A stretch of 32,000 nucleotides of DNA from Xylella taiwanensis (GCF_013177435.1 NZ_CP053627.1:2640001-2672000); one strand, 5' to 3'; positions 18,894-29,128 are shown, numbered from the stretch's first letter. The notes: generated by a model from the sequence alone, not told the origin. Translations and numbers: made by a program.

Positions 18894-20367
18894 TAACACC
18901 ATGGTGTCAGCACATGGCATCACCGCCCTGATCCACTCCACACGGATCAACAAGCCGCCTCACTACCCTGCACATACCTGCACCGGATCGAACACAGGGA
19001 AGATAGATCGGTCACTCCGCAACGCCGGACACCAAACCCTGCACGTCAGTCATGCAGGTCACGCTGGCATGCTACACCTGGATCATTCAGAGGCCCTCTC
19101 CAGATGAAGAGAAAACCGCATGTCCTGATCAACCCCGCATGCATCATTCAACTCAAACCATGCCGAAAACAACGCCGTATTCAGCAACCAAAGAAACCGT
19201 TAAAGCACGTATCAACTTCCATGATTTAACACAACGAAAACACAGCGCTGGCATTTAAAAAATTGACTGGCGACATGCTGAAGAGATTGATGCAAAACAC
19301 AACCATCGCTCCTCATCCCCAAGATCCAAGTTTCGTACAACCTGATCATGCGCCATGAAGCAAGATGGGCCGGATATCGCAAAGAAGCCGTGACGCGCGA
19401 TGCATCCGCAACATCCTGCAACAAAAGCAGCCAGTGGATTGGCAGATGGCACATCGTGCCTTGAGAAATTCGCCTCACGACCCACTGCACATGTCGTCAT
19501 GCGTCATAACAAAAAAAGCAAAGCAACGCTCGACGAAGAAAAAGCGCAGCAACACGCTCAACTGGTACTCCCAGATGACACGTGATGGCGCACGCCAGGT
19601 CAACGACTTCACCAACATCTTGCATGCAACGCAACAGCGACGATCGTGCAACACATGAACATGAGATCCAGCGCTGCAAGTCGTATGTTGACACTGCGCA
19701 GCATCCGGGTATCAACCGTGTTCTGCTCCAACACAGGTCCGAAGCACCGCATCACGCGCCCATCGCACCACCGGCTACTTTCACTTTCTGACTCAACACA
19801 CCCACAAATACAGTGAGATACCATCCAAAACGTTCTCCATCCCTGGATGCGCCGATCCATCATTCAAAGATCACGCCCAGGACACTTTGAAGAAACCTCG
19901 CATCTCAAGCCAAAGATAACGTTGCTAAATACGACGCACGGACGTTGCAACGACGGAACTTTAAAGCAATACACCTACGATCAGATGCATGCAGGCAGGG
20001 CCGTGGATGCCATGCACATCACGCACGTCGCAGATAGCCTGCATACATTCCAACACCGCATCCTGACCAAACCTGCGACGCGATGCAGCATGCACACTAG
20101 AGCAAGCCCTGTATCGGCATCACCAGGATGACGCTGCCAATAACATCGGCAAAACACATGTCCCGATTACGCCAAGTGTGCATGGCACCGCGTAGCACAT
20201 CGGAACCTGCGTCACAGCAAGATCAGCACGACAATGCCAGCGCAGCGCATACCGTCACTATGCCGCTCATGACACCGCTACCAGAGACGCTGTGTACATC
20301 AGTATGGCAGTAGCTACCACCGACACCGATGGACACACGGTCCGCATACGCGTACTCACGCCTTGCT

Positions 20368-21573
20368 CTATTGACGTTCCGCACCGTCGAATACGGCCTG
20401 GGCACGCCCCAAACCAGCCACTAGGTCAGCGATCAAATCCTCACTGGCCTCGATCCCCACCGACAAGCGCAGCAGTCCGTCAGAGATAGCTGCCTTAGCC
20501 CGGGCTTCGGGCGTCATTGCGGCATGCGTCATCGAAGCCGGGTGGGCGACCAAACTCTCAACGCCACCCAGCGACTCAGCCAGGGTGAAATAGCGCAAGC
20601 CACTGACACAGGCACGCACCGCCTCTTCCCCGCCCTTCAACTCGAAGCTGATCATTGCACCGAAGCCTTTTTGCTGCCGCCCCGCTAGCGCATGTCCCGG
20701 ATGCGAGGCTAAACCTGGGTAATACACGCGCTTCACCACAGGATGCCCCTCAAGTAACGCTGCAATCATATGGGCGTTCTCTTGATGCACACGCAAACGC
20801 GCCTCCAGCGTGCGCAACCCCCGCAGCGTCAAGAAGGCGTCGAATGGCGAGCCCGTCAGGCCCAGCGCGTTCGCCCACCACACCAACTGCTGATGTCGCT
20901 CCGCATCACGCGCGACAACAACGCCGCCCACCACATCACTGTGACCGTTGATGTACTTAGTGGTCGAATGCAGCACTAAATCGGCGCCGAACTCTAAAGG
21001 ACGCTGCAACAACGGCGACATGAAGGTGTTGTCGACCACGGTCAACGCGCCAACACGATGTGCCGCCGCAATCACCTCACGCAGATCAGTAATACGCAGC
21101 AATGGGTTGGAGGGAGTTTCGATCAGTACCAGCTTCGGCGGTGTTGCCAGCGCTTCAACCAACGACCGTGGATCGGTCAGGTCAACCGTGATGAGCTCGA
21201 AGTGCCCCTTTTGGGACAACGCATTGAACAAACGCCAGCTACCACCGTAAGCATCATGTGGCACGACCAAGCGATCACCCGGCTGAAGCAATGTATTCAA
21301 CACCAACGTAATCGCACCGATCCCCGTGGCCGTGACCACACCGCCGACACCACCCTCCAGCTCCGCTAGCGCCTCGCCGAGCAGATCGCGCGTCGGGTTG
21401 GCACTGCGGGTGTAATCGTACTTACGCTTATGACCGAAACGTTCAAACGAGAAGTTGGATGAAAGCACAAGCGGCGGTGTCACTGCACCATGAGCAGTGT
21501 CGGAATCAATGCCAGCACGTACCGCGGAAGTGGCGACGCGGCACGCGCCTTGGTGGGTATCATGGATGCTCAT
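20368..21573 (-). CDS. metB: Cystathionine gamma-synthase / O-succinylhomoserine (thiol)-lyase family PLP enzyme
   Basis: It belongs to the Cys/Met-metabolism PLP family, with the PLP-lysine motif STTKYINGHSDVVGG. The ATG at 21573 overlaps the metX stop (ATGA). GGAG lies upstream. Confidence 0.88.
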   Translation of the reverse strand: MSIHDTHQGACRVATSAVRAGIDSDTAHGAVTPPLVLSSNFSFERFGHKRKYDYTRSANPTRDLLGEALAELEGGVGGVVTATGIGAITLVLNTLLQPGDRLVVPHDAYGGSWRLFNALSQKGHFELITVDLTDPRSLVEALATPPKLVLIETPSNPLLRITDLREVIAAAHRVGALTVVDNTFMSPLLQRPLEFGADLVLHSTTKYINGHSDVVGGVVVARDAERHQQLVWWANALGLTGSPFDAFLTLRGLRTLEARLRVHQENAHMIAALLEGHPVVKRVYYPGLASHPGHALAGRQQKGFGAMISFELKGGEEAVRACVSGLRYFTLAESLGGVESLVAHPASMTHAAMTPEARAKAAISDGLLRLSVGIEASEDLIADLVAGLGRAQAVFDGAERQ

Positions 21574-22598
21574 ATGGATTCTCCAGTGGAACGCAGCGCA
21601 GTCGTGAGGATCGCATCAATGCGATTGGTTTCTTTTAAGAAGGCATCGTGGCCATAGGGGGAACGCAACACACGCAGACTGCCCCGCGTGCCCAAGCCCT
21701 CAATCAGCGCGACGAGATCGGACAGTGGTACCAAACGATCTCCTTCGACAGCAACCACCACCGTAGGCACGGCCACCTTCGTTGGATCAATACGATGTAA
21801 GTCAATCGATTCAGACAGACGCAGGTAAGCGTTGACCGGGGTACAGGCGACGTACTGTGCACCGGCAGCGTCAAGGTAGTCCTCAGCCGCCACACGCACC
21901 CGACCATTGATCAGTTCCGCCGCGGCATCAAAACGCTCGCCAAACTCCTCCGGGGTACGGTAACTGAGCATCGCGAACTGTCGTGCCAGTGCCAAACCCT
22001 GGTGCTCAGCACACTGCAACTGACCCAGCGCCACGGCGCGGCGCTGGAGCGCGCGCCAAGCCGCCGCATAAGGATGCGCCCGATGTGCGCCACTCACCAC
22101 GATCATTCGATGCACACGCCCCGGATGACGGATCGCGAACTGTAAACCAACGAGCGCCCCGTATGAGTAACCGACGAAACCATACAACGTGGTGATACCT
22201 AGCCTATCCAGTAACACAGCAATGGCATCGGCCTGATCAGCAGTATCGATCGGCACATCAAGTTGGCCGTCGGCACCCAGAAAATCAAACGAAAGCAGGC
22301 GGAAACACCCCGGATCCAACGCACGGCCAGCGCCGACCAACCCATCAACCCAGCCCTTCTCCGGAAAGCGCGCAGTAGCCGCAATGTGGCGATGTGCAGA
22401 AATACCACCAAGTACGAACACCACCGGCGCATCAGCGCAGCCCATCAACTCATAACGCAAGCGTAGATTGATCCATCCAGCATGGCACATCGACAGAGTC
22501 ACCATGATCTCACCACGAATAGCAATCTGGCCGTCGGCATCCGGAATGGACGTATAGGCGCACGGAGTGGATGAAGGTGAATGGTTTACGGAGATCAT
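21570..22598 (-). CDS. metX: Homoserine O-acyltransferase (MetX family, acetyl- or succinyl-transferring)
   Basis: It has an alpha/beta-hydrolase MetX layout: VVFVLGGISAHRH, nucleophile elbow GYSYG, and C-terminal YGHDAFL. The track ORF (to 22742) translates through the riboswitch. The ATG at 22598 gives an N-terminal length matching other MetX proteins. The ATG at 22625 is an alternative. Confidence 0.85.
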   Translation of the reverse strand: MISVNHSPSSTPCAYTSIPDADGQIAIRGEIMVTLSMCHAGWINLRLRYELMGCADAPVVFVLGGISAHRHIAATARFPEKGWVDGLVGAGRALDPGCFRLLSFDFLGADGQLDVPIDTADQADAIAVLLDRLGITTLYGFVGYSYGALVGLQFAIRHPGRVHRMIVVSGAHRAHPYAAAWRALQRRAVALGQLQCAEHQGLALARQFAMLSYRTPEEFGERFDAAAELINGRVRVAAEDYLDAAGAQYVACTPVNAYLRLSESIDLHRIDPTKVAVPTVVVAVEGDRLVPLSDLVALIEGLGTRGSLRVLRSPYGHDAFLKETNRIDAILTTALRSTGESI

Positions 22599-22798
22599 GG
22601 TGGTATCCAGCAATGCAACGGCCATCGAGCTTGGCGGAAACTCGGGTGCGTCGTGGAAAGGGCACGGTTCGAACTCTCTTTTGGCAGACACGAAAGTCCC
22701 CGCAGGATGTGGCACCAAACCCTGGCGCTTTACGCGCTTCACTGACTACTCCAGCATCACGGTCCCTATCCCTCCGCCGGTCTCGATGGCTCTGCCAA
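22599..22798 (-). promoter_or_regulatory. SAM-I (S-box)-type riboswitch leader of metX-metB
   Basis: The minus strand reads UUGGCAGA-GCCAUCGAGACCGGCGGAGGGAUAGGGACCGUGAUGCUGG...GGUGCCACAUCCUGC...UCUGCCAA (aptamer about 22681-22798). It contains the conserved AUC(A/G)AGA, GGnGGAGGGA and GGUGCnAnnUCCnGC blocks and a closing helix. A downstream platform holds CUCGAUGGC, which is complementary to GCCAUCGAG. Confidence 0.7.
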
Positions 22799-22918
22799 AA
22801 TGCCAGCCCACCACACTCATGTCAATCGCTCCATACGGATAGAAAGATATATTTTATTCGATTGGAAATCGGCACCTATCATCCCTCCATTCTCTTGCGC
22901 GCGTTCACACTCGACACC

Positions 22919-23791
22919 ATGCCATCGCCTCGGTTCCACCTGCCTGCTGTCGTCGTGATCGCGATGATTGCGACACCCGTCACGGCCCAACATCGGCCCG
23001 ACTGGCGCACCACATTGTGGCCACGGAGCGCCGTGTCCACCACCTCATGCACCGCCGCACCCAACGCCTGGCTGGATCTGCGCCGCAACGGTGATAGCTA
23101 CACCGCACAGGCAAGCAATCCACTGGCAGGACCGGCGCAAGTACGCTTGATCGCAACTGGCTCAGTCCCGTTACAGGCCGCCCCCGCATTACCCAGCACC
23201 GCACTGCTGCGCCCAGGGCAGTGCATTGCACTGGCCTATCTGTATCCGAGTAAAGACACTCTGCAACAGGGCGTGGATGTTCACTTAGAGGTCGTTCCAG
23301 GGGATCCGAGCGGATACGCCGATGGCAGCGTCTACCGTGTGCCGTTCGACACCACTCCCATTCGAATCGACCAGGGCTTTGGCGGCCTGTTCAGCCACCA
23401 GGACGATGCCAACTATTATGCGCTGGACTTTGCCCTGCCCAAGGGCACCCCAATCCTGGCTGCACGTGCGGGACTGGTCATGGAAGTTCAAACTGGCTTT
23501 CAGGAAGCAACCGCGAATGGTCGCCATGCCGGGGGTGGCAACCTGGTTCGGATCCTGCACGAAGACGGCAGCATGGCCGTGTACGCACACCTCTCCCCGG
23601 ACGGCATCGCCGTGCACCAGGGTGACCGTGTGACGACCGGGCAATGCTTAGGACTGTCAGGCAATACCGGCTTCAGCACCGCTCCCCATCTGCACTTCGC
23701 AGTACAACTGAATCGCAATCTGCATCTGGTATCAGTACCGTTTCGCATGGCAAGCCCTCTGGGCGAATTACGCTTCCCGCGGAAACAGTAG
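22919..23791 (+). CDS. Secreted M23-family metallopeptidase (catalytic motifs intact)
   Basis: The ATG at 22919 gives the signal-like MPSPRFHLPAVVVIAMIATPVTAQ. The M23 motifs HQDDANYYALDF (HxxxD) and APHLHFAV (HxH) are present. The 5' 348 nt of the track ORF overlap metX and the riboswitch and are rejected. Confidence 0.85.
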   Translation: MPSPRFHLPAVVVIAMIATPVTAQHRPDWRTTLWPRSAVSTTSCTAAPNAWLDLRRNGDSYTAQASNPLAGPAQVRLIATGSVPLQAAPALPSTALLRPGQCIALAYLYPSKDTLQQGVDVHLEVVPGDPSGYADGSVYRVPFDTTPIRIDQGFGGLFSHQDDANYYALDFALPKGTPILAARAGLVMEVQTGFQEATANGRHAGGGNLVRILHEDGSMAVYAHLSPDGIAVHQGDRVTTGQCLGLSGNTGFSTAPHLHFAVQLNRNLHLVSVPFRMASPLGELRFPRKQ

Positions 23792-24548
23792 AACTCCACG
23801 ACGACAGGACAGCGGTGCTTTCCATCCGACACCTTTCGGAAGCAGCCATCAATACATCGTGGTACACGATAAAACTAAGAACGACGAACCAAAAGCGGGA
23901 AAGACTCCAAAGACGGATGACACAAGATGCACATGCCCATAAAGATCGGTCAGTCTCTTTACATCGGTATATCGCCGTTCCAAGCGTTTCTTTCGCTGCT
24001 TGAAAGTTCAACTCTCACTGCACGCCATCACTCAAACAAAAAACGGTAAGACGGTAAGCAAGAGACGCAGGTCCCCGATGAAGCAGCACCTGGGGCATCA
24101 CCGTGTGTGTCACGCCGCGTCTAGGCACCATGATTCGAGACACACATGGTCACCTCCTCTTTCTACGCAGACTATGCCGTGCATGCAGTGATGCCATTCC
24201 TTTTAGCTATCCTCGTTCCTCATGTTGGATGCGACGGTTACCGTTCACGTCACCTGATCCAATCATCCATCCGATGCAGGGCTCGGTGCTGCCCCTGAGA
24301 TCAGTGAGTGTGAACACGCATGATGCTTAAATCTTCAATGGCTGATGGCACGACGCACCTGTTCTGCCAATGGATCTATATAAATAAATAATGGATAGGT
24401 AGGTCAGCCTAGCGCTGCACATGCATCGGATTGACTGGCACCTTAAAACATCGAGTCACTCCGTGAATGCAGCACGTCATGACGCAGCGACACGCTGCAC
24501 ACCGAGTGATCAATATCTACTCCAACACCATAGACACCGTGCTGGCAT

Positions 24549-25049
24549 TTAGTTAATGCACGATATGCCCTTCTCGAGCGTGGCCGTGGTCCGCCTTTTC
24601 GGATGCAACCCACCCTGATGAACATCCCATGCCGGGCACAGGGTTACGGACACGCATGGGCGTAACCCCTTACCCTTGGGCAATGCCTCGATCCAGAGGC
24701 GATCGGCAACCACTGTTTGCAACTTGGCTTGCCGTTGCAAAGATGCGCTGCAATGACATTTCTGTTCGTCCGGAATCGTCAGACCACCGCGTGATCGCTC
24801 AACGATGCATTGGCCTCCGATCACCACCAGAAGCCACGCAACCAATTCAGACTTCACCTACTGGCAGGTCATACACGCTGCTCCGTATGGCTCAGACTTG
24901 GCCTGCAACGCATGTTCAACCCCCTGCATGGCCTTGCGCTGAGTAGGGCATCCCGTGGATCGAAGCAGGAAACGTTGCCAAGCTTCTTCCTGTTGATCGA
25001 TACACCATCCATTGCTACCACGGTGCTCTTGGAAAGCAGCGGCGATCAT
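24549..25049 (-). pseudogene. Possible gene relic: reading frame interrupted by one in-frame TAG
   Basis: ORFs 24858-25049 and 24549-24857 are in the same frame and directly abut, separated only by the TAG at 24858-24860. The combined length is about 165 codons. I recognise no family. Confidence 0.2.
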
Positions 25050-26206
25050 GGATTGGACTGTTATTTGCAGATAGAAACGCTATTTCTGAATGACAGTATG
25101 AACTCCGCCTTGCTTCGCCAAGCAGCGCTGTATATCAGCACAGATGGATATCTCAGCAGTGACACTCAGTCAAAGCAGAAACGCTGCATATTATTCGCGA
25201 CACAGCCTCAATGGTCTGAGCACTCCATCTTCACTGCACGATCGATACACTGAGCCGAATAGGCTTGGCGCCACACATGACATGTGATATCGAGGCACGT
25301 GCGCACTCTGAAAGCAACACTAACATCGTTGCAGGATTCGAACGCTGCAAGAGTTACCAGCAATCACACCTACAATGTGAGTCGCTATACGGTCGAATCA
25401 CTGCAACAGGTCAATGAAACCAACCGTGATTCCCTGAAAATTTAAGCCCAAATGCAGTACACGACGACAACCGCGCTCTATCACCCATCACAGCATCTGA
25501 TCGAGCGATTTTCCAACCACTTCAGCAATACCGCACCATTAAGAACAAGCAGAAAAAACGCTCTGCGATTGCCGCGAAACGATTCCCTCAGTAGCATCCA
25601 TCATGACGTCTCCTTCCACAGTAAGCGGCTTGATGCAACTTCACGGTACGATGATGGGATATTTATGTTTTTCCCTTTCTTCCATCCCATTCAGCAGTCA
25701 GCTCGCGCGTATCAAAGCCAACAGGCGAAACACACGGCACCGATGCATACGCTGTTCGTGTTGGTCCTGGTGTGGCGGAGACGAAGCAACCTTCTGGGAA
25801 GCACGGCTTAAATGTCCAGACACTGGAACCAGGCCATTGCCACAGTACTGAGTCATCGCCCACCGAAGTGCCAACCGCCATACTGGCAGTGTTGAGCAAC
25901 CACACGACGATACGTTTAGAATCTTGCCTCTGAAGAAACATTCGATGCAGCGCATCCCTGAAACATGCCAATCCTGGAAGGCATTTGCACACTCTGACAA
26001 CACGCGGGCTTATTGGCGTTGTGAGGCTCATCCAGCAGCTCCAAACACAAGCTTAGTCCATGATCGAGTAGCGTTGGGAACCGGGTGCGAGGCATCATGT
26101 AAAGCCGTGCCAAACACACAGCATCACTGCATCGCGGTGTTGGCCCCTAAATTTGGTACATGGCCCGATCGTGTAACAGCATGACCTTCAACTCAAGACA
26201 ACATTA

Positions 26207-26995
26207 ATGCGCGTTCTTGTCAGCAACGACGACGGTGTCGACGCTCCCGGCATCAAGATTTTAGCGGCATCCCTACGCGATGCCGGACACGAGGTGATGG
26301 TCGTTGCCCCGGATCGCGACCGTTCCGGTGCCAGCAACTCACTGACCTTGAACGTGCCGATCAGAGCCAAGCAAATCGATATGCATACCTACAGTGTGGC
26401 GGGCACACCAACCGACTGCGTGCATCTGGCACTGACCGGCCTGCTGGACTACGACCCAGACATCGTCGTCTCCGGCATCAACAACGCTGCCAACCTCGGC
26501 GACGACGTGATTTACTCTGGCACCGTCTCGGCAGCCATGGAAGGACGCTTCCTCGGGCTACCTGCAGTTGCCGTATCGTTGGTCACTCTCCGCCACGAAG
26601 TGCAGGAAGCGCATCATTATGAAACCGCCGCACACGCCGCGATAAGCATCGTGGCGCACCTGAAAACCGACCCGCTCCCAGCCGACACCATCCTCAACGT
26701 CAACGTCCCCGATGTGACTTGGCAGCAGATACAAGGCTTCAAAGTGACCCGGCTTGGCAATCGTCACCGCTCGGCCCCCTGTGTCACACAGACCGATCCA
26801 CGCGGGCGTACCATCTATTGGATTGGCCCCGCCGGCCCTGAACAGGACGCTGGTCCAGGAACCGACTTCCACGCGGTACGTACCAAACACATCTCCATTA
26901 CCCCAATTCACGTCGATCTGACACGTTACCAAGCCCTGGAGAACGTCACCCGATGGGTGGACGGACTCACCGCACACATGGACTGGCCAACATGA
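26207..26995 (+). CDS. surE: 5'/3'-nucleotidase SurE
   Basis: [16 protein letters not shown] carries the DD metal-binding motif. The sequence is SurE-like over its full length, and the gene sits first in the surE-pcm-nlpD context. Confidence 0.92.
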   Translation: MRVLVSNDDGVDAPGIKILAASLRDAGHEVMVVAPDRDRSGASNSLTLNVPIRAKQIDMHTYSVAGTPTDCVHLALTGLLDYDPDIVVSGINNAANLGDDVIYSGTVSAAMEGRFLGLPAVAVSLVTLRHEVQEAHHYETAAHAAISIVAHLKTDPLPADTILNVNVPDVTWQQIQGFKVTRLGNRHRSAPCVTQTDPRGRTIYWIGPAGPEQDAGPGTDFHAVRTKHISITPIHVDLTRYQALENVTRWVDGLTAHMDWPT

Positions 26996-27669
26996 CGGCA
27001 CGGTTGTGCCTGCAAGCGAAAGCCGTGGGGATCGGCATGACCTCACAGCGTGTCCGCGACCGCTTGGTCGAACGCCTGCGCGAATCCGGCATCCAAAACG
27101 AACGGACACTCAATGCAATTCGCACGGTGCCACGCCATCTGTTTATTGATGAAGCATTGGCACTACGCGCTTACGAAGACACCGCATTGCCCATCGGCCA
27201 TGGACAGACCATCTCGCAACCCTGGGTCGTCGCACGGATGACCGAAGCTATACTGCGCGTTGCCCCAAAAAAGATACTTGAGATCGGTACCGGTTCTGGC
27301 TACCAGAGCGCCATTTTGGCGTCGCTGGGATTAGAGGTGTACACCATTGAGCGTATCGGCAAACTGCTGCGTCAAGCACGTAAGCGTTTCCGCCAGCTTG
27401 GCATGAACATACGCAGCAAGCACGATGATGGGCACATAGGCTGGACAGAACACGCTCCTTATAACGCCATCTTGGTGACAGCAGCAGCACCCACACTGAT
27501 CGGCACTCTGGTCGAACAACTTGCAGTGGGCGGGCGCCTGGTGGCTCCTGTCGGCACCGCTTCAGGACAATCGCTCGTGCAACTCACGCGAGCCATCCAC
27601 GGTGGCATCACCCAAGAGATTTTAGAACCTGTCACATTTGTATCCCTGCTGTCAGGGATGTCGGATTAA
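26992..27669 (+). CDS. pcm: Protein-L-isoaspartate O-methyltransferase
   Basis: The ATG at 26992 overlaps the surE stop (ATGA). The SAM-binding motif EIGTGSGYQ is present, and the [12 protein letters not shown] region is typical of Pcm. Confidence 0.92.
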   Translation: MTARLCLQAKAVGIGMTSQRVRDRLVERLRESGIQNERTLNAIRTVPRHLFIDEALALRAYEDTALPIGHGQTISQPWVVARMTEAILRVAPKKILEIGTGSGYQSAILASLGLEVYTIERIGKLLRQARKRFRQLGMNIRSKHDDGHIGWTEHAPYNAILVTAAAPTLIGTLVEQLAVGGRLVAPVGTASGQSLVQLTRAIHGGITQEILEPVTFVSLLSGMSD

Positions 27670-27693
27670 ATCCACTTTTTAAGGACATCGTCG

Positions 27694-28308
27694 ATGAAAA
27701 TATTCGGTCCTTTGTACAATCGCGCGATCATCTGGTCCCGTCATCGTTACGCCCCCGTATTACTCACAGGACTCAGTTTCTTCGAAGGATTTATCTTTCC
27801 CGTACCACCAGAAGTCATGCTGGCACCGATGGCAGTCGCCAACCGACGTCAGGCACTGTGGTTCGCCACACTGAGTTTACTCGGCTCACTCACTGGCGCC
27901 ATGGTGGGTTACTTACTCGGCCACTTTGCGTTCGCGGCCATGCAACCACTGATCGCATGGTTGGGCTGGACTGAAAAGATAGATACGCAAGTACACCAAC
28001 TGCAACATCTCGTGTTCGAGTCGCCATGGCGTGCCTTTTGGCTGCTCGTGTTGGTCGGCTTCACCCCGATCCCGTTAAAAGTATTCACCTGGGCATCCGG
28101 AATTGTCGGCGTGCCTTTCCTGCCATTCCTGAGCAGCATGCTGATCGGCCGCGGTAAGCGGGTCTACTTAGTCGCTGGTGCGATCAAACTTGGCGGCAAA
28201 CGCGCCGAAACCCTACTGCATCGATGGATTGAACCCTTTGGCTGGATCACCAGCGCGATCCTGATCGGCCTGGTTGGCTGGGCCGTATGGAAGACCAAGT
28301 TTGGATGA
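27694..28308 (+). CDS. DedA/YqaA-family (SNARE-associated domain) inner-membrane protein
   Basis: AAGGA lies upstream of the ATG. The protein is multi-TM with the FEGFIFPVPPEVMLAPMA motif region typical of YqaA/DedA proteins. Confidence 0.75.
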   Translation: MKIFGPLYNRAIIWSRHRYAPVLLTGLSFFEGFIFPVPPEVMLAPMAVANRRQALWFATLSLLGSLTGAMVGYLLGHFAFAAMQPLIAWLGWTEKIDTQVHQLQHLVFESPWRAFWLLVLVGFTPIPLKVFTWASGIVGVPFLPFLSSMLIGRGKRVYLVAGAIKLGGKRAETLLHRWIEPFGWITSAILIGLVGWAVWKTKFG

Positions 28309-28319
28309 TGGAGAAGTAA

Positions 28320-29090
28320 ATGCAGAGATCGAAGCTATTCCTGTCAGCAGCACTCGTGCTAGGGCTCACTGCATGCGGCACGGCCACTGTCATGCGTTCC
28401 GACAATACAAACAACGCACGCACGCCCTCCACCTCCATCGTCAAACCCGACCAAACTGTGGTTGTGAAACAGGGCGACACACTGTACGCGATCTCACGCC
28501 GCACTGGTGTTACACCTCAAGATCTCGCCACATGGAACCGGCTGCCTTCATCCAACACCATTTACCCGGGCCAAGTACTGCGTTTGTATCCACAAGATAC
28601 CGCTGTATCGAGCACCCGCCCGCCCACACAAGCGACCAGGCCCCAACCAATAAACTCAAGCCCATCCCCGACGACAGCCAGCACCGCTCCGCCAAGCAGC
28701 GGTTTCAATTGGTCCTGGCCAGCCGATGGCACTGTCGTCAGTAATTTCGCCGCCGGCGAAACCACCAAACAAGGCGTGAGCATCAACGGCAACAACGGTC
28801 AAGCCATTCGTGCCGCTGCCAACGGCATGGTGGTGTATTCCGGATCAGCACTGGTCGGTTACGGCGAATTAATCATCATCAAACACAATGAGCAGTGGAT
28901 CTCTGCTTACGGCCATAATCGTAAACGCCTGGTCAATGAGGGACAAACAGTCAAAGCAAACCAACAAATCGCCGAGATGGGCCGTATGCTGTATTTCGAG
29001 ATCCGCTACAACGGCAAACCCGTCGATCCACTGCTTTATCTACCTAAGAAACCGAAGGAAACGAGTGCAAATACCAATGGTTCTGGTTGA
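28320..29090 (+). CDS. nlpD: LysM + degenerate M23 lipoprotein NlpD
   Basis: GGAG lies upstream. Present are the lipobox LGLTAC, the LysM domain (VVVKQGDTLYAISRRTGVTPQDLATWNRL...GQVLRL), a Pro/Ser/Thr linker and an M23 fold. The HxH position reads MLYFEIR, so the metal ligands are lost, as in E. coli NlpD. Confidence 0.9.
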   Translation: MQRSKLFLSAALVLGLTACGTATVMRSDNTNNARTPSTSIVKPDQTVVVKQGDTLYAISRRTGVTPQDLATWNRLPSSNTIYPGQVLRLYPQDTAVSSTRPPTQATRPQPINSSPSPTTASTAPPSSGFNWSWPADGTVVSNFAAGETTKQGVSINGNNGQAIRAAANGMVVYSGSALVGYGELIIIKHNEQWISAYGHNRKRLVNEGQTVKANQQIAEMGRMLYFEIRYNGKPVDPLLYLPKKPKETSANTNGSG

Positions 29091-29091
29091 A

Positions 29092-29128
29092 GGTGTTTTT
29101 TGGAGCATCCGCCTATTGAAAAAACACC
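29092..29128 (+). terminator. Hairpin immediately after the nlpD stop
   Basis: GGTGTTTTTT (29092-29101) pairs with AAAAAACACC (29119-29128) around a 17-nt loop. The stem is A/U-rich, so termination efficiency is uncertain. Confidence 0.35.

Noticed and set aside
22599-22742. The first 48 codons of the 390-aa metX track ORF.
   Set aside because: They are a translation of the SAM-I aptamer and platform. The MetX N-terminal length fits the ATG at 22598.
22797-22825. A possible sigma-70 promoter for the met leader on the minus strand (TTGACA, 17 nt, CATTTT).
   Set aside because: The -10 is poor. A start about 7 nt downstream would remove the UUGGCAGA strand of one candidate closing helix. I keep it only as a note, pending TSS mapping.
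22571-22918. The 116-codon N-terminal extension of the 406-aa M23 ORF would overlap metX and the riboswitch on the opposite strand.
   Set aside because: The extension has no signal peptide or domain and overlaps a motif-supported gene and a structured RNA. The internal ATG at 22919 gives a proper signal peptide.
436-23832. Long alternate-frame or antisense ORFs lie inside confidently called genes. Examples are 436-942, 4090-4746, 12278-12799, 12980-13459, 14373-14929, 14617-15129, 15041-15475, 15482-15900, 20655-21369 and 23285-23832.
   Set aside because: Each lies wholly within a gene whose product has clear family motifs. Their translations are Arg/Pro/Ala/Ser-rich low-complexity strings, typical of shadow ORFs in moderately GC-rich coding DNA.
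24043-24058. A search for tandem repeats and CRISPR arrays found only ACGGTAAG x2.
   Set aside because: Two copies of an 8-mer are trivial. No repeat-spacer periodicity is visible anywhere in the window.
25329-25350. A tRNA T-loop-like string (TTGCAG-GATTCGAACG-CTGCAA, the reverse complement of GTTCGAATC).
   Set aside because: No acceptor, D or anticodon arms can be drawn on either strand. A 6-bp hairpin with a common motif is not enough.
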